Made by a program: the position numbers and the translations under genes. From contig CAYYQL010000004.1 of assembly GCA_964473825.1 (NCBI GenBank), forward strand, positions 85,127 to 149,126: 64,000 nucleotides of DNA. Direction: 5' to 3'. Shown piece after piece: positions 47,961 to 58,341 of this stretch; the first letter of the stretch is position 1, and each line of letters begins with the position of its first letter. The notes below the pieces were generated by a model, which had not been told where the DNA came from, did no database searches, and was given only the letters and a program-made list of their open reading frames with translations. This DNA comes from an uncultured archaeon (GTDB taxonomy: Archaea > Asgardarchaeota > Thorarchaeia > Thorarchaeales > Thorarchaeaceae).

Positions 47961-48335
47961 TGTTTGCCCCGAAATGAGAGATGTAGGCATGGCATAAATG
48001 TTTGACTCTAATGAATAGTGATGGCCTTCGTGGTGGTGAACACTATGCATGTGGAGTGGATCATGGATTGTAACATCTCAAACACCAGAGTGTCTTCGGC
48101 CCATGGAACGGTAATGGAGCATCTCTCTGAGGGTTCCATTGTGTCAGGCTGCTGTCATTCTCGGTTGATTGTGCCAAGCTATACACTGTTCTATCAGTTG
48201 TTACAAGCTGCCTTTCCGGTCGATTTCGAGACCTCTTCAGGAGCCGCAAAGTTGCCCGTAATCCGCAGTTTCGGTGAGGGCTTGAGAATGATGCCCTCCT
48301 AGAAAGTATGAAAAGGCAATCTCTTTAGACTAGTC

Positions 48336-50648
48336 TTGAGGGGCAAAATGGAACCGCCAAACAACGAAATCATTGTGCCAGCATCGGTGACCCATCCGAT
48401 ACTCTTGGATGTTGGGCCTGCCATGTTACAGTCAGTTCCAGAGGATTACGCACTGGCTAGCCTCTTGCTTCGCACTCTCCAAGCTCGTGATGCCAACGAG
48501 TTTGAGTTTCTCATGAAAGCGTATCTGCCCATATCCATAGAGCCCGGCGGGTTCGATCAGCTAGCTCTTGTTGAACGAATTGGTCTCTCTGCCGTTTCAT
48601 TTGCACCTGTTTCGAGATTCCCCCTGAAAGACACTGATGTGTCTAAGGTGACGAGTCCTGACGGCCTGCTCACAATTCTGAATGAGATAGCTGAGGACCT
48701 GTCCCAAGTAGAACAGAAAGAAGCAGTCGCCGTATTAGGTCTGCTTCATGGTAGAATGGCCCAAGGTGCAGTGGCAACTCTCAATCTACCAACGATCGAG
48801 TCGATTGAACCCTACGCGTTTGAACTTCCGGAGGTGTTGGAGAGTGGGAAGAATGATCCCCTCTCGCAACTACTGGCCACAGCCTATGACCTGAATCGTT
48901 CACGTGAACTGATTGAGTTGGTGAGTCGTTTAGAATCCAAAGTCCAATCTGTTCTTGGAGGACGGAACGAGGGACAGGTTGCCAAGATTCAGAGATTGAC
49001 GACCAGAATAGAGCATCTGAGCAGAGAGGTATCCGCCGTTGAGTCCCGCATTCAGGCAATTGGTGACGATGTGGGACCCCGGCAAAAAGAGCTTGGAGAA
49101 GTTCTGAAGATAAGACGGCAGGCACTGGAACGCGATCAGAGGCGTCGAACCGAGCTGACTGAAGGCAACAAGGATGCCACCAAGGCCCTGAACCAAGCTT
49201 TTGGGAGGCTCATGAAGTCGGTTGATAGGGTTATGGGAATCTATCGAGATATTGAGGAACAACTTGATGAGATACTGGTAGATTCAGATGATATTCCGAC
49301 AGTTGAGGGTCCTCTATCCCTACTTATTCCGTTTTACCTATTCGGTTTTTCAAAGAAGGGTGTCCTGCAAGTTAGTGTCATACCTCCGCTCCATCATCAG
49401 GAGACTGGTCAGAAGGTTGGTCTGATGCGTGACTTTGTTGACACGTTGAAACCGATGAACGATGGTCTGGTTGAGATTGCCTCTCGCCTTGAGAACGCGA
49501 TAGATAGCAATCCCTCCTTGATGCAGCAGATCAGGGTCCTATCGCGCACGAATAACCTACTTGCACTGGAAAGCACACGCGAGCTGATTCGTGAAGGTGG
49601 GTCATTGCTTGTTGCCGAAGCTGTGGCTAGAGATTCCGCGATACAGAGGCTTGATGAACTGCTCCGGGGGATACCGTCGAAGAAGATGGAGCTCAGGGAA
49701 CAGGACTCCCTGATTCTAACGGATGATGGCACAGGCACCAAGATCACATTTCACGTAACTGATCAAACAGGTACGCCTGTTGAGCGTGCTCAGTTGCATA
49801 TGGCAGGCATGAACATCGCTTCTGACAGTATGGGACGAGCAGTCGTTCGTCTGCCGCAAAACGCTTACAGAGTTCAAGTCGCTGCTCGTGGTTTCAAGAC
49901 AAAGATTCTTGATTTCTCGATTCACGGAGAAGGATCACTCTCGATACCAGTCAGACTTACAGCCATGACGCGGGAGGAACGATTGCACGAAGCACTGGGA
50001 GACTTGGAGGCACGAGCGGATGAGATTGAAAATATCCGAAGACGGCTCCGAGACGTCTTTGACAGACAGGGCGAGACTATCCTGAGTATTCCCACTCACC
50101 GGGACGCGTTGGCAGATCTTCTGACTGACCTTGGCTACAATCCTGAGGTGTGGATTGCAGAGGCCAGGAAACGGAAAGGAATGGTGAAGCGTCTTCTCGA
50201 ACGGGATGACCGACGTGATGCGCTGAGGAGAGACATTCTCAGAATGGCCGAGCAATCTGAGGATGTGGGTGGCATGATGCTCCTCTCCCATGTGATGGTG
50301 AGAATGGATGATTTGGGATGGGATGCTAATGCCGAAGAGATTGAAGACGTCATCAAGGAGCTCGCCGATGACGGGCTGATAGAGGGTATCTCTCTGCTGA
50401 AGACTGGTGCCAAGATTGTGAACTTCGTTCCTGTCGAACTGACAGATGACCCTCAAGCTGTGATCAGTCTTGCATCGAAGCGCGCCGGAATGCTCACGAT
50501 AGAAGACATCGTGGTGACTCTTGGTTGGACAGAAGGGAGAGTGATGAATGCTCTTGACCTACTCGTTCAGAATGGCGTTACGAAGCGGCAGAAGAGCTTC
50601 TCCAAGAGCACAAAGTACTGGTTCCCGGGTTTCAGGGAGAAGAGATAA
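48336..50648 (+). CDS. multidomain protein: coiled coil + beta-sandwich + C-terminal EAP30/Vps22-36 (ESCRT-II) domain
   Basis: GGMMLL...VPVELTDD...LGWTEGRVMNALDLLVQNG...YWFPG; FHVTDQTGTPV...GF sandwich. Confidence 0.8.
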   Translation: MRGKMEPPNNEIIVPASVTHPILLDVGPAMLQSVPEDYALASLLLRTLQARDANEFEFLMKAYLPISIEPGGFDQLALVERIGLSAVSFAPVSRFPLKDTDVSKVTSPDGLLTILNEIAEDLSQVEQKEAVAVLGLLHGRMAQGAVATLNLPTIESIEPYAFELPEVLESGKNDPLSQLLATAYDLNRSRELIELVSRLESKVQSVLGGRNEGQVAKIQRLTTRIEHLSREVSAVESRIQAIGDDVGPRQKELGEVLKIRRQALERDQRRRTELTEGNKDATKALNQAFGRLMKSVDRVMGIYRDIEEQLDEILVDSDDIPTVEGPLSLLIPFYLFGFSKKGVLQVSVIPPLHHQETGQKVGLMRDFVDTLKPMNDGLVEIASRLENAIDSNPSLMQQIRVLSRTNNLLALESTRELIREGGSLLVAEAVARDSAIQRLDELLRGIPSKKMELREQDSLILTDDGTGTKITFHVTDQTGTPVERAQLHMAGMNIASDSMGRAVVRLPQNAYRVQVAARGFKTKILDFSIHGEGSLSIPVRLTAMTREERLHEALGDLEARADEIENIRRRLRDVFDRQGETILSIPTHRDALADLLTDLGYNPEVWIAEARKRKGMVKRLLERDDRRDALRRDILRMAEQSEDVGGMMLLSHVMVRMDDLGWDANAEEIEDVIKELADDGLIEGISLLKTGAKIVNFVPVELTDDPQAVISLASKRAGMLTIEDIVVTLGWTEGRVMNALDLLVQNGVTKRQKSFSKSTKYWFPGFREKR

Positions 50649-50710
50649 GAAATATATCTATCTGCGGGTAACCCCTCCCTGCCGCTATGCACGCGTGAAG
50701 AGGTTGCATC

Positions 50711-51496
50711 ATGAACAGGCTCTCTCATCTCTTATTCGCCTTCTCAATGTTTGTTGGGTTGTATTCACTGCTTTTTGGTTTCAGCGTATGGCAGTCGGAC
50801 TTGGGTCAGTTGATGGATATGTTGCCATACTACCTGCTGGGTGGATTCATACTGACTATGGTTGCAGTTCCGATTCTCTATTGGAAGGCGCCTCATAAGG
50901 GCACAACACGAACCACGAGCAACAGAAGCACGGTGGGGGCCATGGCATTTGTGACATTCTCTGTGGGTTCCCTGGTGGGTTCTGTTATCTATCAATGGAT
51001 CTCAGGAATAGCCATCGTCGGCAACATCTCCATCTTCATAGGAGCGCTGATTACCATAGCGGGTGCGCTGATGCCGGACTGGGATATACCGCTCCTCGGA
51101 ATATCTCGCCATCGGAATGTCGTCTTTCATTCTGCCATCTTGCCTATTTTGATTACATTGGGAACTCTGTTGAATGTCGCTTACAACGTCCTCTTGGTTT
51201 CTTCGCTGAGCGTGGGGGCTCACGTTGAGTACTACATCACTGCCCTCTTTCTGCTGGGATACGCTAGTCATCTCTATCTCGATATATTCCCGAGCGACGC
51301 AAGCCCCCTTGAGGTGTTCTGGCGTGCCACTGATCCGTATAGTAAGGCGCCAACAGGATTGAAAAAGCTCGGACCAATCAACATCTCCCGAAAGAACGCT
51401 CGAAACTGGTTAGTTGGAAACGCGACTCTACTCGTGATGATTGCTATTGGACTATTCTCCATCTATTTCTACAATCTGTCTATTCTCGTGCCCTGA
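50711..51496 (+). CDS. membrane-bound metal-dependent hydrolase (YdjM/DUF2227-like)
   Basis: PDWD, HRNVVFHS, GYASHLYLD; multiple TM segments. Confidence 0.75.
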   Translation: MNRLSHLLFAFSMFVGLYSLLFGFSVWQSDLGQLMDMLPYYLLGGFILTMVAVPILYWKAPHKGTTRTTSNRSTVGAMAFVTFSVGSLVGSVIYQWISGIAIVGNISIFIGALITIAGALMPDWDIPLLGISRHRNVVFHSAILPILITLGTLLNVAYNVLLVSSLSVGAHVEYYITALFLLGYASHLYLDIFPSDASPLEVFWRATDPYSKAPTGLKKLGPINISRKNARNWLVGNATLLVMIAIGLFSIYFYNLSILVP

Positions 51497-51507
51497 TTTG
51501 AACGAGC

Positions 51508-51819
51508 CTAGTCCCACTCATCATCGAAATCCTCATACTCGTCCTCATCGTCATAGAAATCGGCTTCTTCGAGCTCTTCTTCATCATCATCTTCGAAAAG
51601 GTCGTCGTCGTCTTCAAAAAGAAAGGTCTGTGGGTCAATCACGTCACTGTTGAATGTATCTTCGTCTTTCTCTCCCTCTTCTGCCTGCTTCTTCTTTTTC
51701 AAGGGAGCAAGACACATCATGTCTACTGGGTCAAAATACCTACACTCTATGCAGCATTCACCTTTGTGATTGCATGTCTTGAACGCGCCACAAAGCTTAC
51801 AGCATTTCAGTTCTGACAA
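51508..51819 (-). CDS. small Cys-rich protein with highly acidic tail
   Basis: 8 Cys in the N-terminal half; D/E-rich tail; TTG start after AGGTGG (GTG 51828 is an alternative). Confidence 0.7.
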   Translation of the reverse strand: MSELKCCKLCGAFKTCNHKGECCIECRYFDPVDMMCLAPLKKKKQAEEGEKDEDTFNSDVIDPQTFLFEDDDDLFEDDDEEELEEADFYDDEDEYEDFDDEWD

Positions 51820-51967
51820 GATATCCACCTGAACCTCTTGAGGCACTCGTCTGGTTCCATAGTTGTGCCAAATAAGCGTCTCCAAATGATACCTATGTAT
51901 TGTGGCGAAGTGGTGACGGTCACAGTTAAATTTGCACTGTATATCCTGAAGTCTTGGAGCTAGTACC

Positions 51968-53707
51968 GTGAGCAACCTTGAGTACGAGATAAGAATAGTC
52001 GTGCTTGACAACGCTGTAAAATACGAAGGAGAGCCGACTGTCAAGTCAGTCATGAGTGCACTTCTGGGCACAAGAGCGGATTTGAGGCCACGGGCTGCGG
52101 AGGTTAAGCAGATTGTTTCCCACCTCGTGGCTGAGATATCTGACATGACATTGGAGCAGCAGATAGCAGAACTGAGGGAGATGGCTCCAGAGATCCTGGA
52201 GAAGCCTGAAGAAGAGCACGAGCCCAAGGAGATGCCCGAGCTACCTAACTTGGACAAATGGGACAAGGTAGTCATGCGGATGGCTCCGTTTCCGTCAGGA
52301 CCATTGCATGTTGGCAATGCAAGAATGGTGGTCCTTAATGACTACTATGTCAAACGGTACAATGGAGAGCTGATTCTTGTATTCGATGACACAATCGGTT
52401 CTGCTGAGAAACAGGTGGAACCTGAGGCATTTGACCTGATCAGGGAAGGATTAGACTATCTGGGGGTCGATGTGCATCGTACTGTTTTCAAGTCAGATCG
52501 TCTTGAGCTTTTCTACAGGTACGCAGTTGACTTAATCAAGCGAGGGCAAGCATATGTATGCGATTGCGACCCGGCCGTCTGGAGGAACGAGCACAAAGTG
52601 ACCGGGAAAGCGTGCCCCTGTCGACGTCTGGATGTGGAGGAGAATCTTGTGCGCTGGGAAATGATGCTTGACGGTACTTATCCTGAAAAAGGGGCGGCAG
52701 TCCGACTTAAGACTGGAATGGATGATCCTGACCCCGCGATGCGTGACCATGTCATCCTGCGCATTTCCGAGACCGACCATCCCCGTGTCGGTTCAAAGTA
52801 TCGTGTCTGGCCTCTACTCGAGTACTCCTGGGGAATCGACGACCACGAGCTTGGAGTGACACATATCATTCGGGGAAAGGACCTTGTGAAGGAGGGAAAG
52901 ATTGAGCAACATATCTGGGATATCTACGGCTGGAAACACCCTGAACTCCTCTATCACGGACGATTGAAATTCCAGGATGCCACGCTTAGCAAGAGCAAGT
53001 CTCGTCAAGAGGTATTGAGTGGTCAATACAGCGGATGGGATGATCCGCGAACCTGGAGTTTGCAAAGCCTAGAACGCCGAGGAATACATCCAGATGCTCT
53101 CAGGAAAGCAATGCTTGACCTTGGGCTGAGCGTTGTTGACATCTCGATCTCTATGAAGCCTGTCTACTCAGAGAACAGAAGTCTCAGGGATGAAGATGCA
53201 CCTCGATTTTTCTATGTCGAAGAGCCTGTCTGGGCGCGTCTCCTTGACCTGCCCGCAGAGCTTGATTCTGCACATCCGCCTGTTCATCCAGACTTTCCTG
53301 ACAGAGGCGTTCGGAACATCCCACTCTATCCGAAGCCGTTGAACCCTGAAGCTCCCGTAACGGTCGGTCTTCCCGAGCGGGACTACGAGCAATTCGAGAG
53401 TGGGGATCTCATTCGGCTGAAGGACCTCGCAAATTTCGTTATTGAGAAGGGAAGTCCGCCGATGCTTCGATATCACAGCAAGCATGTAGATAAAGTACGT
53501 GAAGTCGATGGCCCAATCATCCACTGGATTCCTGAGAACGGCGTACCTGTAGAGATTGTACTCATTGACGGGACTGTAGCAAGCGGTTTGGGAGAACCCG
53601 GTCTAAGGTCGGTTGAAGTAGGTACATTCCTTCAGTTCGAACGATTTGGATTTGGAAGGGTATATGGCAAGGACGAGGTCATACGAGTCGCCTTTGCACA
53701 CAAATGA
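51968..53707 (+). CDS. gltX: glutamate--tRNA ligase (archaeal type)
   Basis: RMAPFPSGPLHVGN, FDDT, THIIRGKD, LSKS, GWDDPR, QFERFGF. Confidence 0.95.
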   Translation: MSNLEYEIRIVVLDNAVKYEGEPTVKSVMSALLGTRADLRPRAAEVKQIVSHLVAEISDMTLEQQIAELREMAPEILEKPEEEHEPKEMPELPNLDKWDKVVMRMAPFPSGPLHVGNARMVVLNDYYVKRYNGELILVFDDTIGSAEKQVEPEAFDLIREGLDYLGVDVHRTVFKSDRLELFYRYAVDLIKRGQAYVCDCDPAVWRNEHKVTGKACPCRRLDVEENLVRWEMMLDGTYPEKGAAVRLKTGMDDPDPAMRDHVILRISETDHPRVGSKYRVWPLLEYSWGIDDHELGVTHIIRGKDLVKEGKIEQHIWDIYGWKHPELLYHGRLKFQDATLSKSKSRQEVLSGQYSGWDDPRTWSLQSLERRGIHPDALRKAMLDLGLSVVDISISMKPVYSENRSLRDEDAPRFFYVEEPVWARLLDLPAELDSAHPPVHPDFPDRGVRNIPLYPKPLNPEAPVTVGLPERDYEQFESGDLIRLKDLANFVIEKGSPPMLRYHSKHVDKVREVDGPIIHWIPENGVPVEIVLIDGTVASGLGEPGLRSVEVGTFLQFERFGFGRVYGKDEVIRVAFAHK

Positions 53708-53774
53708 CGGGTCTAAAAAGCGGCAGAATCTGGCCGCCAAAGAGAACATATAGTCCGGAGCTGACAGTTTTCGA

Positions 53775-54536
53775 GTGGTTACAGTGGCTCGAAAACGTTC
53801 TCGGAAGAAGTCGGCAATCAGTCCTTCGAAATTCAAGACGACTGGAAAAGATGCTCGGATGAAGGTTGATGACAAGAAGGCGAAGACCTACTACTTCAAC
53901 ACCAAAGTGAACTCTGATGAGGCTGCGGCTCTTGCTTCGCGGGATGCCTCCGAGATATTCGGTGTTTCTTCCGATTCATTGAAGGTGAGCAAGCCTCGTT
54001 TGACCTATGACTTCTACTGCATCTATGAGGCTGAGATGGAGATGGCATTCCTTCGACTGAGAAAGCAGGAAATCGGTGTTAATGACGAAGTGAATGCTGT
54101 CTTGGTTGGAAAGGAGGTCCTGAAGCCAAAGAAGGGAAAAGAAATTCCGGGGAAGGCTATACAGCTTGAGCTCGTCGAGATGTTCGAGATAAAGCGCAGC
54201 GACTCTTTGATTTTAGATGGTTCAACAGGCGCACCAGCAAGGTCTCTTGAGCCGCTTCTGACTGGCCCTGGAAAGAAGAGCGCCTCATCGAATTGGATTT
54301 CCAAGGCTAAGGTTTCTTCGGGCAAGTTCAACTCCATCCAGAAGGTCGTGAGACAAGTAGCAAAGGCTGCAGCCAAGGCTCCGAAAGATGCAAAGAAGGT
54401 CACGAACCATTCTCTCAGTTTCAAGAAGCTTCTGGGTCTCTATGTTCCCACCTACTATGTTCGTATCAAACATGGCAATGATTCAAAGACGATGCGTGTG
54501 AATGCGGTGGATGGAAGCGTATCCCTCAAAGTGTAA
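53775..54536 (+). CDS. lysine-rich hypothetical protein
   Basis: 253-aa basic ORF; LYVPTY...VNAVDG C-terminus. Confidence 0.65.
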   Translation: MVTVARKRSRKKSAISPSKFKTTGKDARMKVDDKKAKTYYFNTKVNSDEAAALASRDASEIFGVSSDSLKVSKPRLTYDFYCIYEAEMEMAFLRLRKQEIGVNDEVNAVLVGKEVLKPKKGKEIPGKAIQLELVEMFEIKRSDSLILDGSTGAPARSLEPLLTGPGKKSASSNWISKAKVSSGKFNSIQKVVRQVAKAAAKAPKDAKKVTNHSLSFKKLLGLYVPTYYVRIKHGNDSKTMRVNAVDGSVSLKV

Positions 54537-54571
54537 GCTCAACTGGTGACAGATGAGAGTAACTCTCCGGA

Positions 54572-56143
54572 TTAGTGCTCTCCCCATCCTCCTCCTCCAG
54601 GAGTTTCGATTCGGACAATTGTGCCCAGCGGCGCTATGACGGTTGATTTTGATTCTATAGTATGTTCTTGCTCGTCATAGATGATTGAATTCTTGCCTGT
54701 CTTGGCAGACTCACCCCCCTTGAGACCCCACGGTCGTCTCATTCTTCTCTCCGACTGAATCGATATCGTACATCCATCGGCAAGTAGTTCTATCTCTCTG
54801 ATTGTGCCATTTCCGCCGTTCCACTTCCCTCTACCTCCACTACCTCTTCGTACTGCATACGTCAATACCCGTAGCGGATACGACATCTCAAGGGATTCGA
54901 TGGGGGTGTTGAGGGTGTTGGTCATATGTGAGTGTATTGCACTCGTTCCATGATTTCCTCTCGAGGCTCCCACACCACCCCCGATAGTTTCGTAGAAGGA
55001 AAAACGGGCCCGTGTTCTGTGATCGGTTCCGCCTATCGAAAGATTGTTCATAGTGCCTTGACTTGCTGCGGGGATGATATCGGAACGGACGCTTCCTAAT
55101 GCTCCAAGTATGACATCGACGATTCGCTGGGTGGTCTCAACATTGCCTGCTGAAACAGCCGCTGGATAGATGGGACTTAGAAGCGAGCCCTTCGGCACTT
55201 GAACATCCAGAACACTCCAGCATCCCTCATTCGTTGGAATATCTCTTCCAAACAGAGCTATGAAGACATAGTAGACTGCTGATAGAGTGGACGCTAGCGG
55301 ACAGTTGATGTTTCCATCAACCTGCTTGGATGTTTGAGAGAAGTCTACCATGCCTTTTCCATCCTTGATTGATACTGTGGCTGATATAGGAACATCCCAG
55401 TTGCCTGCTCCATCACTCTCCATGTAGTCAGTGAAAGAGGACTCCAAGTTTCCTAGTCTTGAGAGAGTGGTCTTCATCCTCTCCCTAGAGTAGTATCTCA
55501 GTTCGTCAAAGGTCTGAAGAAGCGTTCTCCACCCATGGGTAGCTGCAACCTCGCGCAGTCTCTTGATGCCAACAATATTGGCAGCCATCTGGGCGGACAG
55601 GTCACCAAGCCGCTCTTTTGGCGTTCGGGTCTCAGAGAGCAAGTCATCAACCGAATCTCTTCTAAGGTGGGATTCTTCGACCACGACTCTTGGAGAGATC
55701 AAGACTCCCTCCTCATGGATGCTGACTGACAGGCCAGGCATAGACCCAGGGCTACTCCCACCAACATCTGCATGATGAGCTCTGTTCGCCGCGAATGCTA
55801 CCTGTTCTCCATCATGGAACACCGGAGCCACGAGCGTGATGTCTGGCAAGTGCGATCCTCCCCGGTAAGGATCATTTGCCAGAGCCATGCTCCCCTCGGT
55901 CAATGCCTCTCCTAACTCCTCAAAGCATGCTCTCACAGACATCGGCATTGCTCCCAGATGAACCGGTATGTCTTTTGATTGAGCAACAAGGTTACCTGTC
56001 TTATCGAAGATTGCACAACTGCAGTCTCTTCGTTCCTTGATATTGGGACTGAATGCGGCTCTGCGAAGTGAGATTGTCATCTCACGGGCACAGGATATGA
56101 GAGAGCCACTGATCACTTCGAAGAGGACCGGGTCTTCAATCAA
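54572..56143 (-). CDS. hyuB: hydantoinase B / 5-oxoprolinase subunit
   Basis: FSPNIKERRDCS, PVHLG, DPYRGGSHLPD, HHADVGG, TPGGGGWG. Confidence 0.93.
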   Translation of the reverse strand: MIEDPVLFEVISGSLISCAREMTISLRRAAFSPNIKERRDCSCAIFDKTGNLVAQSKDIPVHLGAMPMSVRACFEELGEALTEGSMALANDPYRGGSHLPDITLVAPVFHDGEQVAFAANRAHHADVGGSSPGSMPGLSVSIHEEGVLISPRVVVEESHLRRDSVDDLLSETRTPKERLGDLSAQMAANIVGIKRLREVAATHGWRTLLQTFDELRYYSRERMKTTLSRLGNLESSFTDYMESDGAGNWDVPISATVSIKDGKGMVDFSQTSKQVDGNINCPLASTLSAVYYVFIALFGRDIPTNEGCWSVLDVQVPKGSLLSPIYPAAVSAGNVETTQRIVDVILGALGSVRSDIIPAASQGTMNNLSIGGTDHRTRARFSFYETIGGGVGASRGNHGTSAIHSHMTNTLNTPIESLEMSYPLRVLTYAVRRGSGGRGKWNGGNGTIREIELLADGCTISIQSERRMRRPWGLKGGESAKTGKNSIIYDEQEHTIESKSTVIAPLGTIVRIETPGGGGWGEH

Positions 56144-58170
56144 TGCATTTCTCTCCTCAATGTCATGTTACCGTTCTTCCTCTGCACGCCGTTCCAATGG
56201 GGTCCTACGTAGATGGTCGTGTCTATCTGTTCAATTACTGATGGTCCTCTGATCACCTGATTCGAGGAGAGCTCCTCCCGCCTTAAGACCTCCACACTCA
56301 CTCTCTCTCCGTCGTCGAGTATCACTTCTCTTTTCCTTGTTGGAATGCCTGTGGACTGCTGCTCATGTCTGTGTACGACTGATTCCATACTCGGCACCCT
56401 CCCTACCACCCTAGTCGTTGCCCACTCAATAGGGGTGTCTGGAAGGATATACCCAAAGGCATCATGGTGTCGATTACGAAAAATGCGGGCCGAATCCCGA
56501 AGGATTTCTTCGGTGCCGTACGGAATCTGTATCTTCAGTTCGTGGCTTTGCCCCTGATAGCGCATATCCAGCTCCCACTCGTAATGTATATCGTCGGGCT
56601 CTGCACCCTGCTCTACGAGTTGCAGTTTGGCATCGTCCGTCAGCCCCTGCAGTGTCCGTGGAACAAGGTCAAGATCTCCTCCCTCTTCGGACACGAGTAC
56701 ACTTCTCATGACATCCACCCTCAGGTCTGCACAGATGAGACCATATGCCGAGGTGATGCCCGGATTTGGGGGAATGAGTATGCTGTCAATTCCTATGCTC
56801 TCGGCAATATCTACAGCCTGAGTGGGCGCCGCCCCGCCGAATGGGACCAAGATAAACCGCCTAGGGTCATGGCCTCTCTCCACCGTTACCTCTCGAATTG
56901 CCTGCACCATATTGGCTGTAGAGACCTGAATGATGCCTCGGGATACACTCTCAACAGACATTTCAAGACGCTTGGCCAGCCGTGAAACAGCGGCTTCAGC
57001 CAGGTCATAATCCAGAGATAGGCTGCCCCCAAGGAAGTAGTAGGGGTTGAGACGACCAAGAATGAGATTAGCATCTGTCACCGTCGCGTCGACCCCTCCA
57101 TTGCCGTAGGAAGCAGGACCTGGGTGGGCCCCGGCACTCTGGGGACCAACATGGAGTATTCCCACATCGTCAACCCATGCTATGCTCCCGCCACCAGCTC
57201 CGATGGTCTTGACATCTACTGAGGGTGTCCTCAGGGGTAGACCTGCCACTTCATTGTCTGCCTTGACCGCTATTCCACCATCGACGGCACTGATATCGCA
57301 GCTGGTTCCTCCCATATCCAGTGTCAAGACTCTGTCCAGTGATGCGGACTTTGCGATATCCCATCCGCCAATCACACCGCCGGCTAGACCTGATATCGCC
57401 AGTCCTACCGCTCTCCCCGTGGCCTGAGATGAGAGCAGTGTTCCTCCATTCGACTGCATGACTGTGAAACGTGCCCCGGGACAGATCTTGCTGATCGCAT
57501 CCCCGAGCCTGTTCAGATACCCTAGTACGAGGGGCCCAAGATACGCCTCCAAGACAGTGGTGGATGTTCTCTCAAACTCCCTGAATTCCGGCAATACCTG
57601 ACAGGAAGCGACTGTGTATGCCTCGTATTTCGCTCGGAGAGTGTTCAAGATTCTGATTTCATGCTCAGGACACTTGAAGGAGTAGAGTAGGCTGATCGCT
57701 ATGGCCTGTGGATGCTTGCTCTCGAGGGAGCTGACAAACGTCTCAATCTCCCCGTCATCAACCGGGGTGACTATCTCACCTTCAGAGCTTATACGTTCGC
57801 GGACGCCTATCCGCCTGTCTCTGGGTACAAGAGGCTTGGTCCTCTGAGCTCTCATGTCATAGATGTTCTGACGGTTTTGGCGACCGATCTCGATAACATC
57901 TTCAAGACCACGAGTGGTGATGAGCCAGACTTCTGCGCCTTTCCGCTCCAGCATGGCATTCGTGGCCACTGTAGTTCCATGCACGACCAGACCGATATCT
58001 TGCCCCTCTAGGTTACCCTTTTCAAGAACCTCCCTTATGCCCTTGATCACACCCTTCTCTTGTGCCTCGGGTGTGGAGGGAACTTTGTGCACTTGAGTCT
58101 CATGAGTTTCGGTAAGATATAGAATCACATCTGTGAAAGTGCCGCCCACATCGACCCCAATGACGTTCAT
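56140..58170 (-). CDS. hyuA: hydantoinase A / 5-oxoprolinase subunit
   Basis: DVGGTFTD, HGTTVATN, DMGGTS, GAGGGS, GPQSAGA.PGP. Confidence 0.93.
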   Translation of the reverse strand: MNVIGVDVGGTFTDVILYLTETHETQVHKVPSTPEAQEKGVIKGIREVLEKGNLEGQDIGLVVHGTTVATNAMLERKGAEVWLITTRGLEDVIEIGRQNRQNIYDMRAQRTKPLVPRDRRIGVRERISSEGEIVTPVDDGEIETFVSSLESKHPQAIAISLLYSFKCPEHEIRILNTLRAKYEAYTVASCQVLPEFREFERTSTTVLEAYLGPLVLGYLNRLGDAISKICPGARFTVMQSNGGTLLSSQATGRAVGLAISGLAGGVIGGWDIAKSASLDRVLTLDMGGTSCDISAVDGGIAVKADNEVAGLPLRTPSVDVKTIGAGGGSIAWVDDVGILHVGPQSAGAHPGPASYGNGGVDATVTDANLILGRLNPYYFLGGSLSLDYDLAEAAVSRLAKRLEMSVESVSRGIIQVSTANMVQAIREVTVERGHDPRRFILVPFGGAAPTQAVDIAESIGIDSILIPPNPGITSAYGLICADLRVDVMRSVLVSEEGGDLDLVPRTLQGLTDDAKLQLVEQGAEPDDIHYEWELDMRYQGQSHELKIQIPYGTEEILRDSARIFRNRHHDAFGYILPDTPIEWATTRVVGRVPSMESVVHRHEQQSTGIPTRKREVILDDGERVSVEVLRREELSSNQVIRGPSVIEQIDTTIYVGPHWNGVQRKNGNMTLRREMH

Positions 58171-58341
58171 ATCTGTGCTCAGGCAGTCCTAAACCATGAT
58201 ATGAAGGCTTGGTATCATCGAGGAGCGATTCAGCAGGATATTTGCCCTCTGGTTATGAAGAGAACCACGTCTACCCCGTTCAGGTCATTTGGAGCTTCTT
58301 TTATTGGTTCGTTGCTCTCTGTCGAGATGTGAGGTCGAAGG

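Noticed and set aside
48018-48302. 94-aa ORF and weak hairpins in the divergent intergenic region
   Set aside because: No motif, SD or convincing structure; probably promoter space.
51820-52317. N-terminal part of track ORF 51508..52317
   Set aside because: Mostly antisense to gltX; only the C-terminal ~103 aa look like a real protein.
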